From IMG/VR virus record IMGVR_UViG_3300035698_012959, positions 3,404 to 67,403 of that record: 64,000 nt of DNA; one strand, written 5' to 3'. The translations under genes were made by a program, and so were the position numbers. A model generated the notes under the pieces. It did not search any database. It was not told the DNA's origin and saw nothing but the letters and a program-made list of their open reading frames with translations. Below are positions 8,803 through 18,684 of this stretch, piece after piece. The stretch comes from a virus. The stretch's first letter is position 1. Every line of letters begins with the position of its first letter.

Positions 8803-10589
8803 TGGATAATAAAACTATTAAATACGTAAATAAAGATTTTGATGCCCTTAAAAAATCACTCCTTGAATTCTCAAAAACCTACTTTCCGGACACATATAAT
8901 GACTTTTCTGAAGCAGAGCCTGGACATATGTTTATCGAAATGGCATCATATATTGGTGATGTTTTGTCTTTCTATACTGATAATCAGATACAGGAAAACT
9001 TTCTCTCTTTAGCAGAAAATAAAGAATCAATATACAATTTAGCATATATGTTTGGGTACCAACCTAGACTATCATATGCGGGTTCTACTAATTTGAGTAT
9101 GGAGCAATTAGTACCTTCAATAACATCCTCTAGTATAAAATATCCTAATTTGGATTACGCATTAACTATCCCAAAACATACTACTATTAAGTCCTCAGTA
9201 AATCTGTCTAATTTTACAATATTACATGAAGTAGATTTTAGAAATACAGGCTCAGTGGAAGTAAATTACTTTAATGAAGATTATTTCTTACTAAGTACAT
9301 CGGTTAAAGCATTAAATGCAGATATCAAAACTGTAAATATAACAGTATCTAATTCAACCAAGTTTTATACTACTAACATAATAGATGCTAAATTTATAAA
9401 GATATTAAGTATTACAGATCAAAATGAAAATTTATGGTACGAAGTACCTTATTTAGCCCAATCATCAATAATGGACGCTACTTCTAATTCTAATAGTAAT
9501 ATAGATAATGTTGACCATATATTAAGTTATAAAAAAGTTTTAAGGAGATTTACTACAAGAGTTAAACCAGAAGGAGATGTTGAATTACAGTTTGGGAGTG
9601 GTTTATTTCAAAATAACGATGATGAAGACATAATAATTAACCCAAATAATATATCTTTAGGATTAGTTAGTGAAGTTTCAACCTTGATAGATACATATAA
9701 TCCCAATTCTTTCAGTTTTACTAAAGAATATGGTATGATCCCACCAAATGGAACTGTATTAACTATTAGTTATTTATCTGGAGGTGGGATCGAGAGTAAT
9801 CTTGATACTAAAACATTAAATGGTAGTAATAACATAATAGGAGAATTTCTAACAGGAGGTAATCGATCATCATCTATAGAATCTGCTATTAGAAATAGTT
9901 TGGTATATTATAATAATGAGAAAGTAAGTGGAGGTGCAGGTCCTGATACTAATGAGCAGATAAAATTTAATACAATGCATGCCCAATCAGCTCAATTAAG
10001 AGCTGTTTCTAAAAATGATATAATGTTAAGAGCATTAACATTACCTCCTGAATATGGGAGTATAGCTAAATCTTATGTAAGTAGTAATTCTAATAAGCGT
10101 GTATTAGATCTTTATGTATTATCTTATGATAATAATAAAAAACTACAAATAGCTAATACTACATTAAAAAACAATTTACTGCAATATATTTCTCAATATA
10201 AAACATCACTAGATAGAATAATAATTAAAAATGCTTTTATAATCAATATAGGAATAGAATTTAGTATATCTATTGACCCCAAATTCAATAATAATGAAGT
10301 TTTAATAAAAAGTATAACTGCTATTAAAGAAGAATTTAGCACTGATAAAATGCAAATTAATAAACCAATTATTAAATCTAAAATAAATTCATTATTACTG
10401 AAAACACCAGGTGTTATTGCAGTACCTGATATAACTATAACTAATATTAATAGCGATACATATTCTCCATATAGTTACGATATGGGAAAAGCAACAAAAA
10501 ATAATATATTATACCCTTCCGTAGATCCTTGTATTTTTGAAATAAAATATCCTGATAATGATATAAAAGGTAGGATATATAATACATAA
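8802..10589 (+). CDS. Baseplate wedge subunit, gp6-like
   Basis: KDFDALK..YFPDTYNDFSE..G.MFIEMASYIGDVLSFY, LQFGSG, YLSGGG, QLRAVSKND. Confidence 0.9.
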   Translation: MDNKTIKYVNKDFDALKKSLLEFSKTYFPDTYNDFSEAEPGHMFIEMASYIGDVLSFYTDNQIQENFLSLAENKESIYNLAYMFGYQPRLSYAGSTNLSMEQLVPSITSSSIKYPNLDYALTIPKHTTIKSSVNLSNFTILHEVDFRNTGSVEVNYFNEDYFLLSTSVKALNADIKTVNITVSNSTKFYTTNIIDAKFIKILSITDQNENLWYEVPYLAQSSIMDATSNSNSNIDNVDHILSYKKVLRRFTTRVKPEGDVELQFGSGLFQNNDDEDIIINPNNISLGLVSEVSTLIDTYNPNSFSFTKEYGMIPPNGTVLTISYLSGGGIESNLDTKTLNGSNNIIGEFLTGGNRSSSIESAIRNSLVYYNNEKVSGGAGPDTNEQIKFNTMHAQSAQLRAVSKNDIMLRALTLPPEYGSIAKSYVSSNSNKRVLDLYVLSYDNNKKLQIANTTLKNNLLQYISQYKTSLDRIIIKNAFIINIGIEFSISIDPKFNNNEVLIKSITAIKEEFSTDKMQINKPIIKSKINSLLLKTPGVIAVPDITITNINSDTYSPYSYDMGKATKNNILYPSVDPCIFEIKYPDNDIKGRIYNT

Positions 10590-10614
10590 AAGATATTTAT
10601 TTTTTATCTTGTTG

Positions 10615-10622
10615 ATATTTAT
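10615..10622 (+). promoter_or_regulatory. Putative late promoter ATATTTAT
   Basis: Precedes likely ATG at 10645. Confidence 0.45.
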
Positions 10623-10644
10623 TGTAAATAAAAATACAATCTAC

Positions 10645-11721
10645 ATGGCTATCTTTAAAATTTTCCCTGAAAAAGATTCTACTATAATCAAAAAAACTCC
10701 TACAGTAAACGCGGGAAGAGATCCTATCGTTAATTTAGGAATAGATAATGATAACCCATCTCGTATGTTGGTCAAATATTCTAATACTGATTTGGTCAAT
10801 ATATTAAATAAAGTTGTAGAAGATAGTTCGATACAAAGTTTTAAAACTTATATAAAATATTATGTGGCTAATGCAAGTAATATCCCAACCGATTATACAG
10901 TAGAAGTCACCCCTATATCAGGTTCATGGGATGTAGGTACTGGAATGCAAAATGATAATATTAACCCCAAAAATGGAGTTAGTTGGGATAGCAGAGGAAC
11001 TGTAAATTGGGATAATGCCGGGGGGGATTTAGTAGATACAGAAGATACTTTGTATTTAAATTATATTTTTACTCAATCATTTCAAAATAATAGTAATAAA
11101 GATTTAACTATAGATATATCCCCATACATTGGACGATTTTATAATAGTTATATAAATGTATTATCACCTCATTATGGTTTACTAGAAGATAATGGTTTTT
11201 TAATTAATATAAAAGATGATTTAGTAACAGGCTCTAATTCGTATAACATATCTTATTTTAGTAGCAATACTCACACTATATATCCACCACATATTGAAAT
11301 AAGATGGAATGATGTCCATTACAATACAGGATCGTTAGAAAATTTAGAAGTTAATAAATTATTTACCACAAACATTCAATCAGATACTACTGAATTTTCA
11401 CAAAATACTACATATAGATTTAATATCCATAGTAGGGAAACACACCCTGTAAGAACATTTTCTACATCATCATTATACTTAGAAAATAAAATATTACCCC
11501 CAACTTCATATTATGCCTTATATGATGTTAAAGCTGATATAGTAATTATTGATTTTGATGAAGAATATACCAAAATATCATGTGATGAAAGTGGTAATTT
11601 TTTTAATATAAACATGAATGGACTTCAACCCGAAAGATACTATAAAATATTAATTAAATATGTATTGAATGGTAAATCTATCATCAAAAATAATAATTAT
11701 ATATTCAAAATAAACAAATAA
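10645..11721 (+). CDS. Virion structural protein (baseplate region)
   Basis: Likely start MAIFKIFPEKD at 10645 rather than TTG 10609; WDVGTG, GVSW, THTIYPP, GLQPERYYKILIK. Confidence 0.75.
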   Translation: MAIFKIFPEKDSTIIKKTPTVNAGRDPIVNLGIDNDNPSRMLVKYSNTDLVNILNKVVEDSSIQSFKTYIKYYVANASNIPTDYTVEVTPISGSWDVGTGMQNDNINPKNGVSWDSRGTVNWDNAGGDLVDTEDTLYLNYIFTQSFQNNSNKDLTIDISPYIGRFYNSYINVLSPHYGLLEDNGFLINIKDDLVTGSNSYNISYFSSNTHTIYPPHIEIRWNDVHYNTGSLENLEVNKLFTTNIQSDTTEFSQNTTYRFNIHSRETHPVRTFSTSSLYLENKILPPTSYYALYDVKADIVIIDFDEEYTKISCDESGNFFNINMNGLQPERYYKILIKYVLNGKSIIKNNNYIFKINK

Positions 11722-12041
11722 TGGAAATATTATCAATAGAAAAAACATATACAGATAATTCAGTACTTAACAAAATAATAAATACAGATTTTACTTTTTT
11801 CAAAAAACCACCTATTGAGGAAAATGAAATAACTACAGATGATTTTTTTGAATTTTATGAATCATTATTTTATGGTATAGATAAAGAAGGATTAGTTAAT
11901 TCACACAAATATATATTATCTAAAACACTAGATTATTTAGGTTTATCATTAAAAGATGATAATATTACTGAAGAGTTAATAAATGAAATCACAAGATTAA
12001 AGTCAGAATTATTAGAAATAAATAAAATAAATATTAATTAA
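11721..12041 (+). CDS. Hypothetical structural protein
   Basis: 106 aa, coupled to neighbours, FFEFYESLFY..SH.Y. Confidence 0.65.
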   Translation: MEILSIEKTYTDNSVLNKIINTDFTFFKKPPIEENEITTDDFFEFYESLFYGIDKEGLVNSHKYILSKTLDYLGLSLKDDNITEELINEITRLKSELLEINKININ

Positions 12042-12042
12042 T

Positions 12043-15000
12043 ATGCCAAAAATATTAATAGAAGGAAATATATCAGACATATACAGAGTTAATAGGTTAA
12101 AAGATGATGATAGAAATCTTTTAACTGAGGAAAATAAATCATATAATTTTGATATTAATAGTGATACTGTAGAACACCACATTCATGTAGGTAGTAATAT
12201 TATATATTCGAATCCAAATTATTCTAATTATACCCTTCCAAACAATATAGGTTACATAAATGATAATAAGACTAATACTATTAGTATAGATCCAGTAAAT
12301 GATTTGGAACTATTAGGATATACATCAGGTGAATTTACATCTGTTTACAACTTCCACCACAATTTATTAGACGAAGGATTTAAATTATTTATTAAGGAAA
12401 TATCAAGTGATAGATTAGAATTAAGACTATCTTCTCTAGACATAGAATCAGCAGTATTATATAATATTAAAAAGATCATAACTAATAGTAAAAATCAACA
12501 TTTACTTAATTTCGAAAATAATAAATTATTACTATTAATAAATGCGGGAATATTTGAAGAAGACTTAATTGTTAAATTATACGAACCCTTACCATTAGAT
12601 ATAAATTTAAAAACAAAATTAATAATATCTGAAGAAGTAACGAAACCATATAAATTCGATGTTAATTTAGATACTATATTAATTCCGGATCCAAAGCCAA
12701 GTATTGGAGGTCCCAATTTTGATATTGAAATAGAAACAAAAGCTACTATAAATAGTAATTTAGGAAACTTAAATAGTTTATTGTATGATAGTAGTGGAAG
12801 CGCGGATTATGGGGATTTATTAAATAATATAAATAATAATTCTTATAATATAAATGTAGATTATACTAATTTTGGGAGTTTTATACACTTCGGATCAGGA
12901 AATAAGAGAATTTCAAACTTTGTAAGTAAAATAACAAATATAGAAGGATACAACAATTCTATAACGTTAATAAATAGCAGTGATTCATCAGTAAAAGAAG
13001 TGGATGTAATCAAATATAGGACTAATATAGATGATATAATTAAAAATTTTGATGGATATGAACTATATTTATATAATAATTCATCATCTTTATCATATCC
13101 CAAATCCAACAGTATAAAACCATTCATTCAATCATCTTACACCTCTTCAGTAGCTCAAAGTTGGATAACTAGTTCTCTAGAAAGTTCATTACTGTACGAT
13201 GAGGAAAATAAAGATTATTTATATAATATAATACCATCATACATCCAAAATGATCCTATTAATTATACTGAATATTTCAAATTTATCGATATGATGGGGC
13301 ATTATTTTGATAATATATGGATTTATATTAAAAGTATAAGTCATATGTACGATAATAATAACAATATTAATATAGGATTGTCTCAAGATTTAACATATGA
13401 TATGTTAAAATCATTAAATGTTAAGATAAATAATAGTAGTTCAGATAAAGATATTAAAAATTATAACATAGGAGCTAACACAGGAAGTGTTCTATTTGAT
13501 AATGATTTTAGTTCATCAAGTTCTTTCTTAAATAATATACCTCAAAAAGAGATTAATAATGAATTATATAAAAGAATATTTCACAATATCCCCTTAATAA
13601 ATAAAAGTAAAGGTACTAATTTTAATATAAGAACTATACTAAGTATATTCGGTGTACCATCTTCTATCATGGATGTGAGAGAATATGGAGGACAAACCGT
13701 AAATAAATGGGGAGAACATGAAAATAATAATAAGGTAACGATTGAGGAAAATACAATAACAGGAAGTGTTTTATCAAGTGAAATATCATTAGTTGTTGAA
13801 AGTAAAAATATTGAGGATATAACATATGACGAAAGTAATTTTATAGATATTTCATTCTCTCCAATGGATTCAATTAATAGTTTAATATCAGCTTCAGTAA
13901 TCAATGAAAACAGCGAATTTAATATTAATCAATACTTAGGAGACCCTAATAATTACTATAGTGATAATTATGGGAAATTAGATTTTATCAAAAGATCCAA
14001 CATGGATAATGCCTTAGATTATCAATTAGATATTAACGGATTTAATAATGTAGTTAATTTATTTGATAATACATTGTTTAAATTAATAGAGGATTACATA
14101 CCAGCAAGTGGTAAATTAATATCAGGGATAACTATCAAATCTCCACTACTGGAAAGAAACAAGATTCATGCTAAAAAAATAACAACTGTAGTAAGTGAGG
14201 AAGATGTTATAGATTTATTACCAAATAACACACTTATTTCTGAAAAGATCGATTATGGGGTTGATTTGGATTTGAATATTAATGAAAGATTTAAGTCTTA
14301 TAATAATAACCCATATGCTCTAAATACTGTATTTAATGTAAATGATTTTAACCATAGTGATTTTGATGTATTAAAAGCTGTTGCTGATGGAAATAGAAAA
14401 TCATTAAATAAATATTTATTGTCCCCAATATTAAGCACATCAGGTAAGTATGATGAAATTACTTCAGACTTTTATTATGAATTAGCTGAAGTCCAAGATA
14501 ATAACTCTTACGGATTTAAGACATCCAGGTATGATGGTGTAAAATTAATTGCTAAAGAATACAATAAATACAATGAAGGTGATATATCATATGGTAAATT
14601 ACCAGTTATTGAAACATATTTCAGTAATATAGTGGTATTTACTGAGATAAGAGAAGATGAAAGATTTAATAACTATCTACCTAGTAGCATCCAATTAGTT
14701 TCATTAAAATATATAATCAATAAAGAAGGGGATTTAATAGAATTAAATTCAAAAAATAAAAACCTATTTGATATTCAGAATATATTCAAATTAGGAGGTT
14801 CATGTAATGTATCTCTATTTAATAACCAAAAATATACTGATCAAAAATCTACTGATGGGAAAAAAACGATATATAATAGTGGAATATCATATAAACCTAT
14901 ATTATATTTAAATCCAGCCGCAGATAAATCATTATTTTTTGATTTTCCACCTAATATAGAAAGTGAATTATTTTATTATGAGTCAATGAGTAGAGATATC

Positions 15001-16356
15001 CAATATGAATTTGTAACATTGGATGGTAAAGAAGAAGCTAATAAACTATTTAATGATGTAATATATGATGAACAAGAATCATTTATTGAAGGGCCAATAT
15101 ATAATTATTTTTCATGTAAAAACAAAGGTTCGTTTAATTTTGGGTATGAATTTAATATAAATGTTAAATTTACAAAACCCAATGATTTATTAAAACTAAA
15201 ATTAGATATATTTAAAGCTAATATAGATAATAATGGTTTAGCAAGTATCGGTCAAACAAATATAGGTTCATCTGATGAAATAGAATTTAACTCATCTCAA
15301 AGTGTAGTTGAAATTGATAAATCATTATTAACCAAAAATGTAAATTCTATGACTGTTGTTAAGGAATATGGTAATATTGGTGCTAATAATGATAATTACG
15401 TTAAATTAATTAAACTAAATAATACTGTTTCTCAAACTAATAAGTTATATAAAACTGAAATTAAGTTGGTATATAAAGAAGGTACGTCATCCGCACCTTC
15501 TAATGAATCTATATTTATATTTACTAATAAACCACCTTTATATGATGTTGATGATAAAATATTTAGAAATGCATCCGTGTATGTATACGGAAAATCACTT
15601 ACTGATACGGATATGTATGTTGATAGTATTAATAATACACTATCCTCATCACTATTATTTACGGGAACTACTAAATTTATAGATTTGGAGGTTAATGATA
15701 AAATATTTTTTAGATTGACTAAAACTGTAGATAGTACCCACCCACTTTTTGAAATTAAGTTAAATAAGGGATTTATTAAAAATAGTATAGATAAATTAAA
15801 TGGCGGTCAACCCTTTATAGAATTAGATTCCATAAACAATGAATTTATTCAGGGAGTGGAAGGAAATTTATCATTGGTGTTCAATCCCCAACTTACCAAA
15901 TTTACAGGATACACTCAAAATAGTAATAATCAAATTTTTGAAAATCTATATGGAGACATAGACTCACCACTAACATTTGATTCAGGTACCAGAATACTTA
16001 TAGAATACATATACAGTAATGCTCCAGCACAATTTGATATATACACAATACAATCCCATACTACTAATGATAATGGTCAATTAGTGTTGGATTTTTATGA
16101 AAACATTAAAGAATCGTTAATTAGAACAATATCTAGTAGTAATGGTACCATATCTAAGTTTGTTATACTATCACAGGAAAAAAATGAAAACAATATTTAT
16201 TTATCTTTTAATAAAAAAGAAGGTAATACTAGTTTTGGTTTTTTGATACCTAATGAACTTAGTGATGAATTTCTTGACAATTTAGATAATATTACATCTA
16301 AATTAAAAAATACTTTAATAGAAACAGGAAATAACAATAATGGTGGATCTTTTTAA
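12043..16356 (+). CDS. Large baseplate/wedge structural protein
   Basis: 1437 aa; FIDMMGHYFDNIWIY, KSKGT, FGVP..VREYGG resemble baseplate wedge (tail protein I-like) motifs. Confidence 0.7.
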   Translation: MPKILIEGNISDIYRVNRLKDDDRNLLTEENKSYNFDINSDTVEHHIHVGSNIIYSNPNYSNYTLPNNIGYINDNKTNTISIDPVNDLELLGYTSGEFTSVYNFHHNLLDEGFKLFIKEISSDRLELRLSSLDIESAVLYNIKKIITNSKNQHLLNFENNKLLLLINAGIFEEDLIVKLYEPLPLDINLKTKLIISEEVTKPYKFDVNLDTILIPDPKPSIGGPNFDIEIETKATINSNLGNLNSLLYDSSGSADYGDLLNNINNNSYNINVDYTNFGSFIHFGSGNKRISNFVSKITNIEGYNNSITLINSSDSSVKEVDVIKYRTNIDDIIKNFDGYELYLYNNSSSLSYPKSNSIKPFIQSSYTSSVAQSWITSSLESSLLYDEENKDYLYNIIPSYIQNDPINYTEYFKFIDMMGHYFDNIWIYIKSISHMYDNNNNINIGLSQDLTYDMLKSLNVKINNSSSDKDIKNYNIGANTGSVLFDNDFSSSSSFLNNIPQKEINNELYKRIFHNIPLINKSKGTNFNIRTILSIFGVPSSIMDVREYGGQTVNKWGEHENNNKVTIEENTITGSVLSSEISLVVESKNIEDITYDESNFIDISFSPMDSINSLISASVINENSEFNINQYLGDPNNYYSDNYGKLDFIKRSNMDNALDYQLDINGFNNVVNLFDNTLFKLIEDYIPASGKLISGITIKSPLLERNKIHAKKITTVVSEEDVIDLLPNNTLISEKIDYGVDLDLNINERFKSYNNNPYALNTVFNVNDFNHSDFDVLKAVADGNRKSLNKYLLSPILSTSGKYDEITSDFYYELAEVQDNNSYGFKTSRYDGVKLIAKEYNKYNEGDISYGKLPVIETYFSNIVVFTEIREDERFNNYLPSSIQLVSLKYIINKEGDLIELNSKNKNLFDIQNIFKLGGSCNVSLFNNQKYTDQKSTDGKKTIYNSGISYKPILYLNPAADKSLFFDFPPNIESELFYYESMSRDIQYEFVTLDGKEEANKLFNDVIYDEQESFIEGPIYNYFSCKNKGSFNFGYEFNINVKFTKPNDLLKLKLDIFKANIDNNGLASIGQTNIGSSDEIEFNSSQSVVEIDKSLLTKNVNSMTVVKEYGNIGANNDNYVKLIKLNNTVSQTNKLYKTEIKLVYKEGTSSAPSNESIFIFTNKPPLYDVDDKIFRNASVYVYGKSLTDTDMYVDSINNTLSSSLLFTGTTKFIDLEVNDKIFFRLTKTVDSTHPLFEIKLNKGFIKNSIDKLNGGQPFIELDSINNEFIQGVEGNLSLVFNPQLTKFTGYTQNSNNQIFENLYGDIDSPLTFDSGTRILIEYIYSNAPAQFDIYTIQSHTTNDNGQLVLDFYENIKESLIRTISSSNGTISKFVILSQEKNENNIYLSFNKKEGNTSFGFLIPNELSDEFLDNLDNITSKLKNTLIETGNNNNGGSF

Positions 16357-16364
16357 AAAATTAC

Positions 16365-16373
16365 ATATTTATA
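16365..16373 (+). promoter_or_regulatory. Putative late promoter ATATTTATA
   Basis: Intergenic, before ORF 16394. Confidence 0.55.
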
Positions 16374-16393
16374 AATAAAAAATACAATAAACA

Positions 16394-17050
16394 ATGGCTA
16401 TATTAAATAATAAATCCGTGGTTGTAGATGCTATACTAACTACTGCAGGTCGAGCTAAGTTAGCAATGAACGATGGATCTTTCAAAATAACCCAATTTGC
16501 TTTATCAGATGATGAAATAGATTATACTTTATATAATCCCAACCATCCTAGTGGTTCAGCTTTTTTTGGGGAAGCTATTGAAAAAACCCCATTAATGGAA
16601 GGATTACCTGACGGGAACCAAATGATGAAATATAAATTGGTTACTTTACCCAGAGGTACATCAAAACTACCAGTAATATCTTTAGGTTATTCAACTATTA
16701 ACATAAAGCAAGGAGCTTCTATAACAGTATCCCCTCAAACCCTAAATTATTTAGGTAATACTAGCACATTTGAAGCTAATGGTTATATATTAACAGTAGG
16801 AGATTCTCGATTATTGAGTAGTTTTAATAGTAACGGTACTAGTAAAGCATTAGATGTTAATTCTGTTAGTGTATCCACAGGAACTAAGTTAACTAAAACA
16901 ATAAATGGTACTTCATTTACACTTCAAGCGACTACATTAAATACATTATTTAATGAATCTTCAAATACTTTATCAACTACTATAACAGCAATTGGTAAAG
17001 ATTCTGGAGCTAGAATAACAATTCCTTTAATTATAACTAAAAACACATAA
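16394..17050 (+). CDS. Virion structural protein
   Basis: VDAILTTAGR..LA....FKITQFALSDDEIDY motif. Confidence 0.75.
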   Translation: MAILNNKSVVVDAILTTAGRAKLAMNDGSFKITQFALSDDEIDYTLYNPNHPSGSAFFGEAIEKTPLMEGLPDGNQMMKYKLVTLPRGTSKLPVISLGYSTINIKQGASITVSPQTLNYLGNTSTFEANGYILTVGDSRLLSSFNSNGTSKALDVNSVSVSTGTKLTKTINGTSFTLQATTLNTLFNESSNTLSTTITAIGKDSGARITIPLIITKNT

Positions 17051-17052
17051 TA

Positions 17053-18063
17053 ATGTCATTTGTAAAATTCGAACAAGATGAATCTGTTGTAAGTTTAGAA
17101 ACTATTATCCAACCAGCATGGGGGGATACATTAGATGAAATATCTAGTTTTTATACTTCTAGCATGCAAGATAAAAACTATTATTTAAATATATATAATG
17201 AAAATATTAATAATAATACTTCCGCATCTATTGATTTCAGTATCCAATATGGTAATTTAGTTGGAAGTGGATCTACTGATATAAATAGTGGAGTTGTAGG
17301 TTACAGTCCTACTCGTATATCTTACGGGCAGTATAGGACCTTAATTTATGGGGATGAAGAAAGTAATTTTAATTTTGGGATTAACACAGATTCAGAAGAT
17401 ATTATAGTTTTATCTATAGCAAGGAATAAGTTTAAAGAAAGTATACATCCCACATCTTTTAATTTAAAATTAACTAATGAAAGTGGTTCTTTAGAATTAA
17501 CTGATGATAGTAAAACTACAGTAACAACATCATTTATTGGATCTAATAAATACCACACTATAGTAAGTGGGAGTAATGGAGTAACTTCCGATGCGGCCGT
17601 TACTAACCCAGGTGGTAATTATGGATTCTTATTCCCTGATTTAGGATTGGTGGTTTTAAACCCTAACGCTCTAACACCTTCAGTAGCAAATGGTGGATTA
17701 ACTGTTATTACTAAAATAAATACTGATATAACAAATTCTGATCCTAATCCAAATTTAACTCAAGTAAGAAATTTAATTTCTAGTGGGGGGTCATTTAAAT
17801 TAAAATCTCAAGAAACTATATCATCTAGAATATTTTTTACCCGTCCAAAAAATAGTCATTTTAATTACACAACTAACCCATCTATAATAGATAGTAACGG
17901 AAATATATTATTTAGTTCACTTATTGATAACCCACAAACTTTTATTACAACAGTAGGATTGTATAATGATGATAATGAGTTACTGGCCGTTGCTAAACTT
18001 TCTAAACCATTAAGTAAATCATTTGTAACAGAAACATTATTTAAGGTTAAATTAAATTATTAA
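17053..18063 (+). CDS. Virion structural protein (tail/baseplate accessory)
   Basis: C-terminal FITTVGLYNDDNELLAVAKLSKP, paralogous to ORF 25195. Confidence 0.75.
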   Translation: MSFVKFEQDESVVSLETIIQPAWGDTLDEISSFYTSSMQDKNYYLNIYNENINNNTSASIDFSIQYGNLVGSGSTDINSGVVGYSPTRISYGQYRTLIYGDEESNFNFGINTDSEDIIVLSIARNKFKESIHPTSFNLKLTNESGSLELTDDSKTTVTTSFIGSNKYHTIVSGSNGVTSDAAVTNPGGNYGFLFPDLGLVVLNPNALTPSVANGGLTVITKINTDITNSDPNPNLTQVRNLISSGGSFKLKSQETISSRIFFTRPKNSHFNYTTNPSIIDSNGNILFSSLIDNPQTFITTVGLYNDDNELLAVAKLSKPLSKSFVTETLFKVKLNY

Positions 18064-18684
18064 ATGTCTTCCTTAAAAAAATTAAAAAGTGATGATATAT
18101 CTTTAAATTCTTATAAGGTACATAAGGAATGGATAATTAACAGCGATCCGTTTCCTGATAATGATTATATTAAGTATTTCAAAGGAGTAAAGAAACTTGA
18201 TAGATTCCTATTAGAAGATGATAGAAAATCTAATAATCACTATGACACTCTTAATTATGAATTAATTAATAATACATTTTATTACTCATTCGATGGGATA
18301 AATTTAGATACAGGATCATTAAGAAAATCTCTTTATCACGAAAACATCAATACTGGAAGTAATGAAAAAGAAAATACTCGATATAATAATTCATACCCTG
18401 AAATAATAAATGAATTTCCTACTACTGAGTATAGTGAAATATATATAATACAAATAGGAAAAGAAGTTATGGGTGAAAGGATAATGCCTTTATATTATAA
18501 AATCCTATCAAATTTATATGATATTAGAGATGATGGTTTTGGTAATTTATGTGACCATTTTAATAATAAAGTTCATGTAGGTAATATATTTTATAATCAT
18601 GGAATAGTTGTAATTACAAATCAAAATTATATTAATAAATTTCCTGAAATTCCAGTCGCAATTGATGACTACATAACAATATGA
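18064..18684 (+). CDS. Structural protein; apparent N-terminal half of a 17053 paralogue
   Basis: DDGFGNL...VGNIFYNHGIVVIT; ends with start of an Ig-like repeat PVAIDD. Confidence 0.7.
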   Translation: MSSLKKLKSDDISLNSYKVHKEWIINSDPFPDNDYIKYFKGVKKLDRFLLEDDRKSNNHYDTLNYELINNTFYYSFDGINLDTGSLRKSLYHENINTGSNEKENTRYNNSYPEIINEFPTTEYSEIYIIQIGKEVMGERIMPLYYKILSNLYDIRDDGFGNLCDHFNNKVHVGNIFYNHGIVVITNQNYINKFPEIPVAIDDYITI